From the NCBI GenBank assembly GCA_013239625.1, contig MU053482.1, forward strand, positions 3,433,922 through 3,497,921: 64,000 bases of DNA. Direction: 5' to 3'. A program made the translations under genes and the position numbers. The notes under the pieces were generated by a model, which saw only the letters and a list, made by a program, of their open reading frames with translations, had not been told where the DNA came from and did not search any database. This document shows positions 1 to 11,630 of the stretch, in pieces. Numbering within the stretch: the first letter of the stretch is position 1; each line of letters starts with the position of its first letter. The stretch comes from Lama guanicoe (taxonomy: Eukaryota).

Positions 1-779
1 GGAGGACTTCTTGGGTGTTTAGAAGCTGCTAGTAGGAATTGTGTGTGAATCCCCATAAAGGACTATGGTATATGTCGTGTTGTCCAAACCTTGTGACATT
101 TCATGTTCTGCAGACTACACTTGGGAAAATGTTTATTTGGACTGAGGCTATCATGGTCTGCTTAGAGGTGCAGAGTAAGATGCCCTGGATGTGTTGGATC
201 CAGGTTGGTTCTCAGGTGCAGGGGGCAGAATGCTTGCATGCAGCCCCATTGTACCTCCCCTGCCCCCCAAACACAACAGCAGAAGGCATCCTTTGCCCCT
301 TCTCTCCTCTGGCAGAATAGTACTTAGGGCTCAGATTTTTCCCCCCTCTATTTTAAGGCCATTTAATTATTTAATGAATACATATTGCCCTCCTTTAGGT
401 TGCTTGTAGCCTGCTGGTCGCACTGTTTGTGAAACAGCTGTGAGGACAGGTGGGTCATAATCTCTGGGTAGCTGAAGCCCAGCAGTGGCCAGAGGATCGT
501 GTGTCAGCCCTGTAATCCTGCTCTGTACACACAGGAATTATTATGTGGGCTCAGGAAGGCACAACTTCACGATTGGACATGAGGAGGTGACTCAGGCCCA
601 AGTCAGGGCTAGGTCCAGCCTCCCAGTAAACAACTGCCCATCCTTCCTGAGCGCTTCTCCCCAGGATTTCAACAGCACCACAGAAATAGCCCCGTGGCTC
701 ACGGTTATTTCCCAGACCCACGCAGTTTGTCTAAGTTCCCGGGAGGCCGCGTGTCTGTTGTGAGCTTTCCCACACAGAA

Positions 780-972
780 CTGCCCTTCTCCTAAAGGGCA
801 GATGAGAAAAGGAGCTTTGTGCCCTGGGATGCTGTTTTGATCCACCCTAACTGCTTCTGTGGGTCACCTGAGGCAGGGGGAGTGGCAGCTGCTGGCGGCA
901 GGGTGGCCCCATCCAGCCAGCTCTCGGGAGGCTTCTCAGAGCTGGAGGCCCACGTGGGAGCCGTGACTGGCA
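780..972 (+). other. AMPD3: Candidate non-coding alternative first exon of AMPD3 (1b-like); 5' boundary approximate
   Basis: GC-rich segment ending in the donor CA|GTAAGG (GT at 973); an alternative donor GTGAGT is at 1037. It lies about 1 kb upstream of the coding alternative first exon. Human AMPD3 has three alternative first exons (1a/1b/1c). The assignment is inference. Confidence 0.35.
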
Positions 973-1332
973 GTAAGGAGTGGACGCTGAGGGGTGGGCT
1001 CGGGTGGGTCAGGCGGGAGGCCTGTCTTTCCTGGCTGTGAGTGGGTGGGTGGGCATGGAGGTGCTGGCAGGCTGCCCAGCCAGCAGTGATGTGCAGCCCC
1101 TTTCAGGGAAGAGAGGAAGAAGTGGGACAGGGCATGCCAGCTTTCCATCCTAGCCTGCTCCTGCACTGAGATGTCCCCTCCCCCTTTCCAGTTCATGGTC
1201 CTTCCCTCTTTTAGGGGTGGGGGAGGGGCTCGTCTTGGTAACTGGCCCACAACTTCCCCTGCCAGCTCTGGGGTGCCCTCAGGAGGGTTGCTGTATTTTG
1301 GAGGGGGAGCTTTCAAGAGGACCAGGGCAGGC

Positions 1333-1385
1333 TGTGTGTGTGTGTGTGTGTGTGTGTGTGTCTGTCTGTCTGTCTGTGTGTGTGT
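1333..1385. repeat. Compound (TG)n/(TCTG)n microsatellite
   Basis: Directly visible tandem repeats. Confidence 0.95.
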
Positions 1386-1839
1386 ATATGTATACAGATC
1401 ATCTTGGTGAGATGAACCTGGTGGCCAGGCCAAACCTGAAGTGCTGTTCAAAACGGAAGCAGCACAGGTGATGGTATCTCAGTGACTCTCAGCTTTCAGG
1501 AGGGGTCTGGACGTTTGAGGGAGGCTGTGGCTTGTCTTCTGTGGTTGGTCAGGAAGGCTGCAGGCACTCTTGCATTGGGCAGCAGTGGCTTAGTCTCCTG
1601 TTCTGGAGAGGGCTGTGAGCTGGGCCACGACGCTGCATTCTGGACACAGCGGCTATGACAACTGGCATTACCTGGGCCCTTTAGAACTCTCCGAAATTTT
1701 CCACTTCCATTTCGTACTCACGGAAGAATTTCCAGCCCAGGCCTCTCCTGCTCTTGCTCAGGGCTGCTCAGATATGCAAAGCAGAGACCTCCCACCCCAG
1801 CAGCAGTGGCAGACGGGACCCAGCTAGCTGCACTTACAC

Positions 1840-1848
1840 TGACTCAGC
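1840..1848 (+). promoter_or_regulatory. AP-1/ARE (NF-E2/NRF2-type) motif TGACTCAGC upstream of the alternative first-exon ATG
   Basis: Exact TGACTCAGC, 69 nt before ATG 1917. Motif match only. Confidence 0.4.
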
Positions 1849-1916
1849 TCAGCCTCCCCGGCAACACGCAGCCCCGGCCCGAGCACATCGCCTGGGTGGC
1901 CTCCTCCTGACCAGCC

Positions 1917-1941
1917 ATGGCGAGTCCAGCACCAGGCTCAG
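1917..1941 (+). CDS. AMPD3: AMPD3 alternative first coding exon (1c-like), giving N-terminal extension MASPAPGSAE-MPRQF
   Basis: Strong Kozak GCCATGG and donor CAG|GTCTGT. 25 nt plus the 5 nt (CCGAG) of exon 2 before ATG 5578 make 30 nt, so it is in frame. Resembles the human 1C N-terminus recalled as MEPGSAEM. Confidence 0.75.
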
Positions 1942-4539
1942 GTCTGTGTCGTGGGTTCCCACTGTGGGAGTCTGGCAGGAGCAAGAAACAGCTTTATGTG
2001 TATAAGGAGGGATTTAAGGGGCACTGTGCTTCCTTTCCGGAGGGGCCGTGGTGCCATGAAAAAGTTACTCTTTGTTGAAATTGGTGACATTTTATCTTTC
2101 TAACTTTGGGACGCCTCTCCTCCAGGCTCCTTAGAGGATAGTGTATGTAACTACGGCTTCAGCTTTTATCACTTGCCAATGCCGGTAAATTCACAGTTAA
2201 ACCTCTCAAGCCTGTGGGCTTCATGTGACAAACGGTTGAGAGCCAGGCTTGAGCAAGCAGCCGGGGCTGCTGCTTGCTGTGTGTGTGGCGGGCTTTCCTC
2301 TGCATGCCTGGCCTGGCAGGGGTCTGTGGGTCCAAGAAAAGATGAACTCTGGAGGGAGGGGTTGGCAGAGGGGAGCTGTCTGCCAAGGATCTCCAGAAGA
2401 CAGCAGGTGTCTCGAGGGCTCCGAAGGCCAGCTGTCTCAGCCCAGCACTCTAGAGCTTCTTGGTCAGTGCGAAGTAAAGGGACGGAGTCTTCACCAGTTA
2501 TTTAAGGCATTGGTAGTAGGAGAAGATTCACATGGGTTCTGAAGAAAAAGGGTTCTGTGGGGAGATGGCACTCTGTGATCCTCGAATCTTTAATGTGCCT
2601 TATGAGTCTGGGGTGAGGGGCTGTGGAGTGCAGCATCTCCCTAGTAACTGATCACAGGACCTGTTTCATAGCAATAGGTATTGACTTCTAATGGGACCCA
2701 GTTTGGAAAAGGCTGATTTAAGCTATTTGAGCTAAAGAAAAAGGAAGGTCTTTTATAGGAAGACGCATCCTGGAAAGTGTTTCTTTGACTTGAGCAAGGG
2801 AAAAATGCTTCATGGAAGAACGTGGCGGAATTTGACCTAAGAGCCCTTAGACACAAAAGACCCCCTGAGTGCACCCGTTCAGAGGGGCCTGGTGAGGTGT
2901 GGCTGGGTCAGGCCTGTGTGTGTTTGGGAGGATAGGAAAGTGGTGGTGGGCAGCTTTTATCCAGGGCAAAAGCTAATGCAGGGATGGACCTCAGTGGTGT
3001 GATTCCATGTCCTCTCTCTGGTGTGGTTTAGGTGGGAGATAGGACCCGAATTGCCAACACCTGGGCTGTAGAAGTTTGATTAACTTTCCTATTTTTCTCT
3101 TTTTGTAACTCTTAAATGTATTCGTTTTCTTTCTATCTTCTTTGTTTTTGTGAAAATGACATTATAGTAGTATCAGTGATCAACGTCAGATACTGCCTCA
3201 CATAGGCAGTCCTGCAGTGTGATGATCTGAGTGTGTGTCTCTCTCGCAGCCCTGGTCCAGGGACTGCATTTTCATATCATTGTAATCAAAGCATGGGTAC
3301 AGTTTCATGGATTAATTTTTTCATTTACTTCACAAGTTATTTTTCATGTGATTGCACCATCCTTACAATTATAACGTTGGTTACTTCATTTTTTTTTATC
3401 AAGTGAGTCTGCTCTCTTTTGGACATTTTTAAGCTATTTATATAAAGAGTGCAGGTAAACATCTTTGTGCTTTTTCTTTCTTCAGATTCTTTTCGTAGAA
3501 GCAATTTCTGTAAGTGGGTGCACCCTGTCAGGTGCTTGGGTGCTTCTCTAGCATCTGCTGCCCCTTGCCTGGGGCCTGTTGGACGTCTGCTTCTGAGATG
3601 CCATGTGAGGTTCTGGAATGCTGCACCTGACCATGGCCTTAGAGATGGGGGGCTGGTCCAGCTTTGTTCTCCCCTCATAGCTCCTCTTGGGTCTGGTTCT
3701 TTGTCCTTCTCTCCATTTCTCCCTCCTGTCACCTTCCTCTCCGGCCTCTGTCCTGATGGTTTCCAGCTTCCCCCTTCTCTCTGTTATCAGGTCGTGGAAT
3801 CTCCACAGTCAGCTGTTCCTCTTCATCCTTTGCAGGACGGGCCCTTGCCGTCTTGGTCTCTGTGGCCACAGCCCAGCATGGTTGCACAGTTGCAGGCCCG
3901 GCTGCCTCTCCCCTCCCACCTCTCCCCTCCCTGCTCCCTCCCACTCGAGCGCTGAGGATGAGAGAGGCCCAGGAAAGGCCTGGCCCTGGAGGTGCAGGGA
4001 AGGAGGAAATGGGCTTCGCAGTCTAGAGGCATGTTTTTTGCCTGCCCGTTACTAGCCTGCTTTCCTCTTTCCTGTCTGTGTCCTGAATTAGACCCACGTG
4101 CTGCAGAGAAGACCAGAGCAGCAAGCCTCCCTGGGCTCCAGAAAGCTCTCTGGCACCTAGAAGTATGGCACTTTGGACTGAGAGGGCCTTGGGGACCACC
4201 TAGTCCAGTCCCTTTATCTCACAGATGAGAACATTGTGAGGTGCAGAGAACGAGGGTTGCCGTCTGAGTCCCTCCTCCTCTGTGATCGCTTCCTCCCCCT
4301 GCCAGACGGCACTGGGCACTGTCTCACCCTCATCCTCATCTGTCGGGCTGCAAAACTGCATCTCTCTTTAAACCCTCCTTAAAGAAACTGTGGTCATGAA
4401 TGGATATAAAAATGCCTCTTTCGGAGCTCCTCCTGGTGAAGATGGCTCATGGAAAGGATGCAGTATTCATCCATTCCTTAAATATGATGCTGGGACAGTG
4501 CGGAGACCTGACCTGACCCCTAGATGGGCAGAGAGAAGC

Positions 4540-4785
4540 AGCACGGTGTAGTGGTTCAGAGGACACGGTGCCCGTGTTCTAACTCCTGAGCAGAGGCTCG
4601 GAGAGGAAAGGGACAGGGGAGCCAGAAGCCGAGAACAGCACAAGTCTCTGCCCACTTATTAGTAGTGGGTAAGTTAGCTTTCTGTGCCTTCAATTTCTCT
4701 TCTGTAAGATGGGAATAATAGGATTAACTGAGCAAGAATAAAGGGCTAGGCAGAGCATGCTTAATGCATGCTATGTAAGTGCTGA
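4540..4785 (+). mobile_element. MIR SINE relic
   Basis: GTGTAGTGGTT head, and core-like TCTGTGCCTTCAATTTCTCTTCTGTAAGATGGGAATAATA. Confidence 0.6.
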
Positions 4786-5520
4786 AAGAGAGGCAGAGAG
4801 CAAAGGTAGAAGAGAAGGATACCAACCAGTGATGGAGGCCAGCTCCCGACAGTGAGCAGCCGGTGTGCAGAGGAGGATGAGGGCAGGCTTCTTGGAGGAA
4901 GTGCGTTTTCAGCTGGGCTGTGAGAGGTAAAGAGGATCCCTGTGCTCAGAACCTCAGTTTATTTGCTGTCTTGTTAGAAGTTCCAGAGGGTTTGGGAGAT
5001 TGTGGAACTGTGATTTCTTTTCAGCAAAAGGCCTCATTTTCTGTTATGAGGACTGTAGCTGTGGATTCCCCAGGGCTCTGCTACCATCTCGTGGGACCCT
5101 ACTCAAATCATTAAACCCTTTGGGCTTTGGTCTCCCCCCTGTGCACTGGGGAGCCGGTTTGGTCATTGTAGCACCTGGCATGGCCTCCTCATCGTCTGCG
5201 GGAGGGGTCGTGAACTCTCCTCCCCCTCCTGTGTCACAGAAACCAAGTCGGGAAGGGAGGGGCTGTGGTGTGCTGAGGATTCCCGAGTTTGGGAAGACAG
5301 AAGCCCACTTGGTTGGGCAGTTCATTTTTTTACTTCTGAACATTTGCTTTTTCATGAAATGTAAGTGGGCCTCCATCCTTCACATCCAGTTACTTACTGA
5401 GCTAGTTTTAAAAATTGGCATGCTGGGTTCAATCTGGGGAATTCCTGAGTAGACAGCTAACCCCCAGGACTGGGGTGCCTGGCCCTGATTTTGGTACCTT
5501 CTCCTGCCCTGCACTGGTGA

Positions 5521-5922
<402 letters not shown>

Positions 5923-6109
5923 TGACTAATTCACTTCTTGCTGGAAGTGTGTTTTGGTGCCTCTGTTTGGAAAGATCAAAAACCGCTTTCTCTGCTGTTG
6001 TTTTAATAACAAATCATGCTCATAAATACACATCACTTCCAAATGACATTTTCTTTTTGGGAATATGAAGATTTCTTGGGAAACATCAATTTGACTTCAT
6101 CACTTGACA

Positions 6110-6900
6110 AGTATTTTAATTAACTCAGCTCACCATTTGCCAGGTGCTGTGCTGGGCACTGGGGATGTATTAATGAACAAGGTGGATACGGTGTCTGCCC
6201 TGTAGAGCTTTCAGTTGGTCTAGACAATAATTGAGTGACTGGACAAATTAATTAAAAAAAGGTAGGTTATGATAAGTGCTATGTCAGTCAGGGTCTAACC
6301 AGAAAAACAGAAATGACTTGAATATTGGAAATAGGGCTTCAGTGCGGGGAATCAGTTACAGAAGTGGTATAGAACTGAGGAGACAGGAAGGGAGGGGAGG
6401 CACAGGAGGAGGCAGCTGCCACCATAGGCTGGAGAGACACTGGGGAGAGGTGGAGTTGCTGGAGCCCGCGGTGGAGAGGTTGGAATGGCGGTGGCCTTTC
6501 CAATGGAAACTGGAGCCAAGGAGGAGAGGCAACAGCTGCAGAGACCCCTCCCACGGCAGAGAAAGAGGCAGGAGATACCTGGCTTTAATCCTTCTGGCAA
6601 GTGCTAGTTTCCTCCAGTGGCCACACTCAGCCAGCAGCTGGCTGACGTGTAGCTAGAAACACAGGGGAGGATGAGGAGTGATCTGAGAACAGAGAGGCCC
6701 CGGCCCAGCACAGGTGCTGTGAGGGAGATGAGTGGGGAGGCGGGAGGGGCGGAAGGAGAGGCCTTTTCAGAGTAGGTCCTTAGGGAAGGGCTCTCCGAGG
6801 ACATTGTAGCTGATGAAGGGTGTAAAGGAGCTAGCTCTGTGTAGAGCTGGGTGGAAGCCTTACAGGTGGGGAAGGAGGACAAGGATACATAGCCAGTAAA
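6110..6900. mobile_element. L2 relic interrupted by an old LTR (LTR78/79-like, ~6282-6712)
   Basis: L2 3'-end motif GCCAGGTGCTGTGCTGGGCACTGGGGAT...; inserted segment runs TGTCAGTCAGGGTCTAACCAG...GCACA and is flanked by GTGCTA/GTGCTG. Family names from recall. Confidence 0.5.
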
Positions 6901-8104
6901 TGACAAGGCAGAGACCAAAACCCACATCCTTTGAATCTAGAACCCCACACTTTAACCATGAGGCTGTCTCATCTCCAGTCTGAGCTCGAGTGCTCTGTTG
7001 CATGTGGAGACACTGAAATGACCCTGGACGCTGCTCCCCGGGGTATAACTGCCAGCTTGTGAAGGAAGCAGAGGGAAACTGCCTGGTGGCTTCTTTTCTG
7101 CCAAAGGATAGCGTGGTCCCTGGACTCCGGGTCAAATGTCCCAGTGTCTCCAGAGCTTCGCACCCCCCAACTTTATCTTTCAGCCTCACTGCTCAGTACA
7201 GACACCGTTATGCAAATACTCAGATGTGAACCATTTGGGGGAGGAATGCTCTCCACAGCTTCCTCTTCATCTCTGCTTCCTTCCTGACATTCTGAAATAT
7301 AAATGGTGATATAGAGCCTTCCTGCAAGGAGCCCCCAGGCCTGTAGCCAGAAGCAGGTCTCCAGATACCCAGAGTCTATGGGTTTGTATTTAAAACTGTG
7401 ACATGAGATGGGGCTTCCAGTTTGGAAAAAGCCCTCCCTCCTTCTGGCTCCTCTGACAAGCCTGATTGTTCCTGGTGCTTGGAGAAGTCTTTTTAAAAAA
7501 CAATCATTTTCTTTTTCTCTGTAATTTAGGAGAAAAAAGTTTATTTTCAGTCTACTGTAAAGGCACTAGCTAGAACCAGTAGTGAAAATAGCTTCTTACA
7601 AAAAGAATGAAAAACTTGAGTTGTGAGTAAGGAAGATAAGCAGCTAACCCTGGGAGGGCTGCTGTCAGGATTCCAGCAGCTTTAAGAGCCAAGCTAGGCT
7701 CAGACACAACCCTTCCAGGATGGGGGGCCAACTCTAGGAAGCCAGCACCCCAGGCTGCCCAGAGAGGCCAGATCAGCAGGCCAGCAGGGACTGCTTGCTG
7801 CAGGGACCCCTCTGCCTCCTTAGGAAGATGAGATTGACCCGGTCTCTCCTGGAACTCCAGTGGGTCAGGGTGAGTGGGAGGGGTAGACTGACTGGGGAAT
7901 CAAAGTTAGGATGCAAAGACAAGACAGGAAAAGCCTGCTGGTACCCAGAAGCTATCTGTTGTTCACATCACGTTATCTAGCCAGAGTTCACCCACTCTGC
8001 AAATGTGCGTAGTTGAATGAATGTAGCCAATGTGGATGATAACGTGAAAAATTTCTAATGTGCAACCAAAATGCACACTAGGGTTCCTCCAGCTGTCCTG
8101 TTTC

Positions 8105-8290
8105 CTTTTCTTTTTTTTAAAAGCAGCTTTATTGAGATATAAATCACATACCATACAATCCATCCACTTAAAGTGTACAATTCAATAGTTTTTAGTATAT
8201 TTGCAGTGTTGCAACCATCACAGTTTTAGAACACTTTTATCTGCCCCCACCAAGAAAGCCTGTATTTAACTGTCATCCAAATACTAACCA
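8105..8290 (-). mobile_element. Old L1 (L1MB-like) 3' end fragment
   Basis: T-run followed by GCTTTATTGAGATATAAATCACATACCATACAAT...AAAGTGTACAATTCAATAG. Confidence 0.75.
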
Positions 8291-8414
8291 TCTTCTATTG
8301 TTACTTTACACAGAGTTCTAATAAGCTTGGTTATTTTGTTTCTCACCCTGTGACAGATTTAAGGAAGCAAATTAGAAGTGGGGAGAGGGACTTTTCTAGG
8401 CAGAGTTACAGGCG

Positions 8415-8645
8415 TGTTTTGTGGTGGTTATGAGCTCAGGCTTTGGAATGAGACTGACTGGGTTCAAGTGACAGCCCATCTCTTACTACTGAGTTGCCTT
8501 GGGCAAGGATCTTAACTGTTGAGCCTGTTTCCTGCTTGGCAAAATGAGAATAATGGAAGGGCCGACCTCGTGAGGATTGAGCTAATACGGATGACTGCTT
8601 AGGTCCACGCTTAGACGTCATTAGTGTCCCTGTTTTTGTTGTTAT
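8415..8645 (+). mobile_element. MIR SINE relic
   Basis: GTGGTTATGAGCTCAGGCTTTGGA...CTGGGTTCAAG...CCTTGGGCAAG...AAAATGAGAATAAT. Confidence 0.7.
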
Positions 8646-11073
8646 TATTTGACAGTCAACAACGAGGGAGGAAACAGAATAATTATGAAAAGCAGACACA
8701 AGAATTCAAAGCACAGCAGCCTCGGGACAAAACACCTCTGAGATGGTGACTGAATAGTACAATAATGAACCTGAGTCATGGAGTATAGTTTAAATTGTGT
8801 TCAGCATGCTATGATTCAGATACTGGAATTGTGAATTTCAGTTTTAAAAGCCACACTGAATTTTTTTTTTTCAGTTAGGGTATAAAAAGGACAGACTTTA
8901 TCTGAAAAATTTAGCTCTCCAGAACAGCTACTTCCCTGGGTAAAAGAGAGAAACATATTTGTTATGAATTTGAGCATAGCACAACTAGTGCTGTTAAATC
9001 ATTTTGTTTTACGAAACTTCTTAAATGGCGGGCAGGTCACTTTTTAAATTTGGAGCCATTGACAAAGGAGCTTCATTTGAAAACAGTTTAATCTACCTGT
9101 GTTTAAAGTTAAGGATGGAGTTTAAGACAATTTAACAGGTAGTAAAGACCATACTTCATTTAGCTCTCTGGAGAGGAAGGGCAGCTGGGAGCAGGCAGGT
9201 CGGTGGGGACCTACGGGTGCTCAGGAGCGGGGCAGGAGACAGCGGCAGGTGAGGGCAGGTCATCGGAGAGATGGGATGAGGCTGTGAGTCTATACCCGAT
9301 GGACTTCAAGGGTGCAAAGCAAAGCTCCCTCCACCCGTGTGGTCGGGCCACTGGTCATGTGCGTGCATGTAGAGTGAATGTTCTCTGCGGGGCCCCAGCG
9401 CCCTCTGCACACCTGTCAGGTAGCGCCCACCATGCAGCCTGCATCATAGTCAGCCATTCCCGCCTTCTTTTCAGGTAGGCTGGGACCTCTGGTCACAGTC
9501 ACAGAGTAGGTGCCAGCTCTTCAACTGCTCCTTCTTAAACAGGGGTCCCACCTCCACGTGGATCAGTGCAGTGGCCGTGGAAGCAGTAGGAGCAGATGAG
9601 CCTGTGGACCTGGGGAATGCCGACGCCAACTAACGATGTTGAGATTTAAATCGTTAGTAAAACCTCATGCTGCTTTGTGACTCCTGCCTTGAACCTTTAG
9701 AGTAGTAATTCTCATCGGGAGGGGTAGGGGCATTCAGAGTGGTGTGCGTGCCTGGGAGGGGTTCAAACAAGCCTCCCCATTTGGAAGCCTTCTCTGACCC
9801 TCTGGCTCCATGGCTCCCACCCTTAGTCTGGATTAGGTGTCTCCTCTGGGATCCCAAAATATCCAGGGCGTCTCATCACACCGACCACACTGTGATGACA
9901 GTCTGTTGAAATGTCCAGCCGTCTAGGGCGGCACACGTCAGCCCCTGGAGTCAGGGGTGTATTTTATCTACTTGTCTACCCCAGGGCCTGGCACATGGTA
10001 GCTTACTGAATAAAATGGAGTCCAATATAGCCCCCTGGCTCACTGTATATGATTGATAGCTTTTGGTACAAGGTTTCCCCTTAATAGGCTACACAGGGCA
10101 GTGGACTACAGAAAATGCTGGCAGGAGAGCCTGGGGTTCTTAACTTGGGCTTAGCATACAAATCAAAGGTTGTAACAAGGCTCTGGGGTGCCCAGGAGCT
10201 GAGAAGGGCTGGGGAGTGGGGCAGGACATAGGGCTGGGGACACAGAGAATGCCAGAGGCAGGCAAGGGCCATAAAACAGGTGGGGGCAGCAGACAAGTGC
10301 TGAGAGATACTGTAATGACAGCCCACGTGACCAGTTTGTTTTCTGTGTTGAGGGTCTGGTTGGGCAAGAAGATCCCTGTGGCCCAAAAGGGAGGACGAAA
10401 CTTCTTCCTGGCCCTTTGGGCCCTCGGGATTGGCCTGGAGCTGGTGCCCTCACCGCCACGCACCCTGCCAGTTCTTTGGCAAGAGTGAGTTTCTGCCAGG
10501 TGGACATGTAGGTAGGGGAAGGAGAGGACGGGCCAGCTATGGCAGAATGAGCTGCTTACTCTGTATCCCAAGGGCTAACACGAGGTGCAACAGGTGGAAC
10601 TGTGGACAGACAGATCTTGGCACAACAGAAGGAAATGCTTTCTAACAGTGGAACCGATCATGTTTTGCTCACTTTGTATTTGCGTGCTTATCACTGGCCT
10701 GGTCCAGAGTAGGTGCTTGGTAAATGTTTTTTGAGTAAATGATTGACTACTGATGTCTTATTTGTAAATGTAGTGAGCTCCCTGTCACTGGAGGTATTCA
10801 AGCAAAGGCTGCCTTAATGAGAGGATTGGGTTGTGTAGTTTTTAAAGTCCTTTCTAGTCAGGATACTGCATGTTTTATAATTCAGAAAAAGCTTATGGCA
10901 GCTTCTTTATTATTGTGACACATGTGGGGCTTCAGACAGCTTTCAGAGGGAGAAAAGGACAGGTGTGTGGGCACATATTTTTCACGTTATCATCCACATA
11001 CCGTCACTCTGCTGCTGCTGTCCACCGTTGTGGCTGAGCCTCGGCTGTACAGAATGGATACTAGATACAGTCC

Positions 11074-11630
11074 TGTGGTAGACAGAATTTCTAAAATTTC
11101 CCCCCAAGGGATGTCCTTCCCTAATCTCCAGACCCTTTGAATATGATGAGACATCACTCCTGTGAGTATGCTGTTGTATATGTCACTGTGGACCTGAGAT
11201 AGGGCGGTTCCGGGGGTGGGCCTGGTCTAATCCCACGAGCCCTTAGTGCAGAGAGCTTTCTCAGGCTGGCAGTTTGGGGGATGTCAAAGAGATCCCAAGC
11301 ACCGAGCCAGACTCCATGCCTGGTTTTGAAGATGGAGGGCAACCCCTGCCCAATAGCCGGTGAGGAACTGAGGCCTCGGTCTGTAGCCACATGGAACTGA
11401 ATTCTGCCAACCACCTGCATGAGGTTGGAAGTGGACTCTTTCCCAAGGTCTCCAGGTAAGAGCCACATGTAGCCAGCCTTCTGAATTTGGCCTTTCAGTA
11501 CCTTGGGCTTAGAGCCCAGTGGAGCCCACCCAGACGTCTCACCTGTGGAACTGTGGGCCTAACAAGTAGGGGTGGCTTGAAGCCACTAGGCTTGTGGCAG
11601 TTTGTCATGCAGTCATAGAAAATGAGCACA
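11074..11630 (+). mobile_element. MaLR solo LTR (MLT1E-like)
   Basis: Runs TGTGGTAGACAGAATTTCTAA...GAACTGAATTCTGCCAACCACCTG...TTTGTCATGCAGTCATAGAAAATGAGCACA, with TG...CA termini. Confidence 0.8.
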
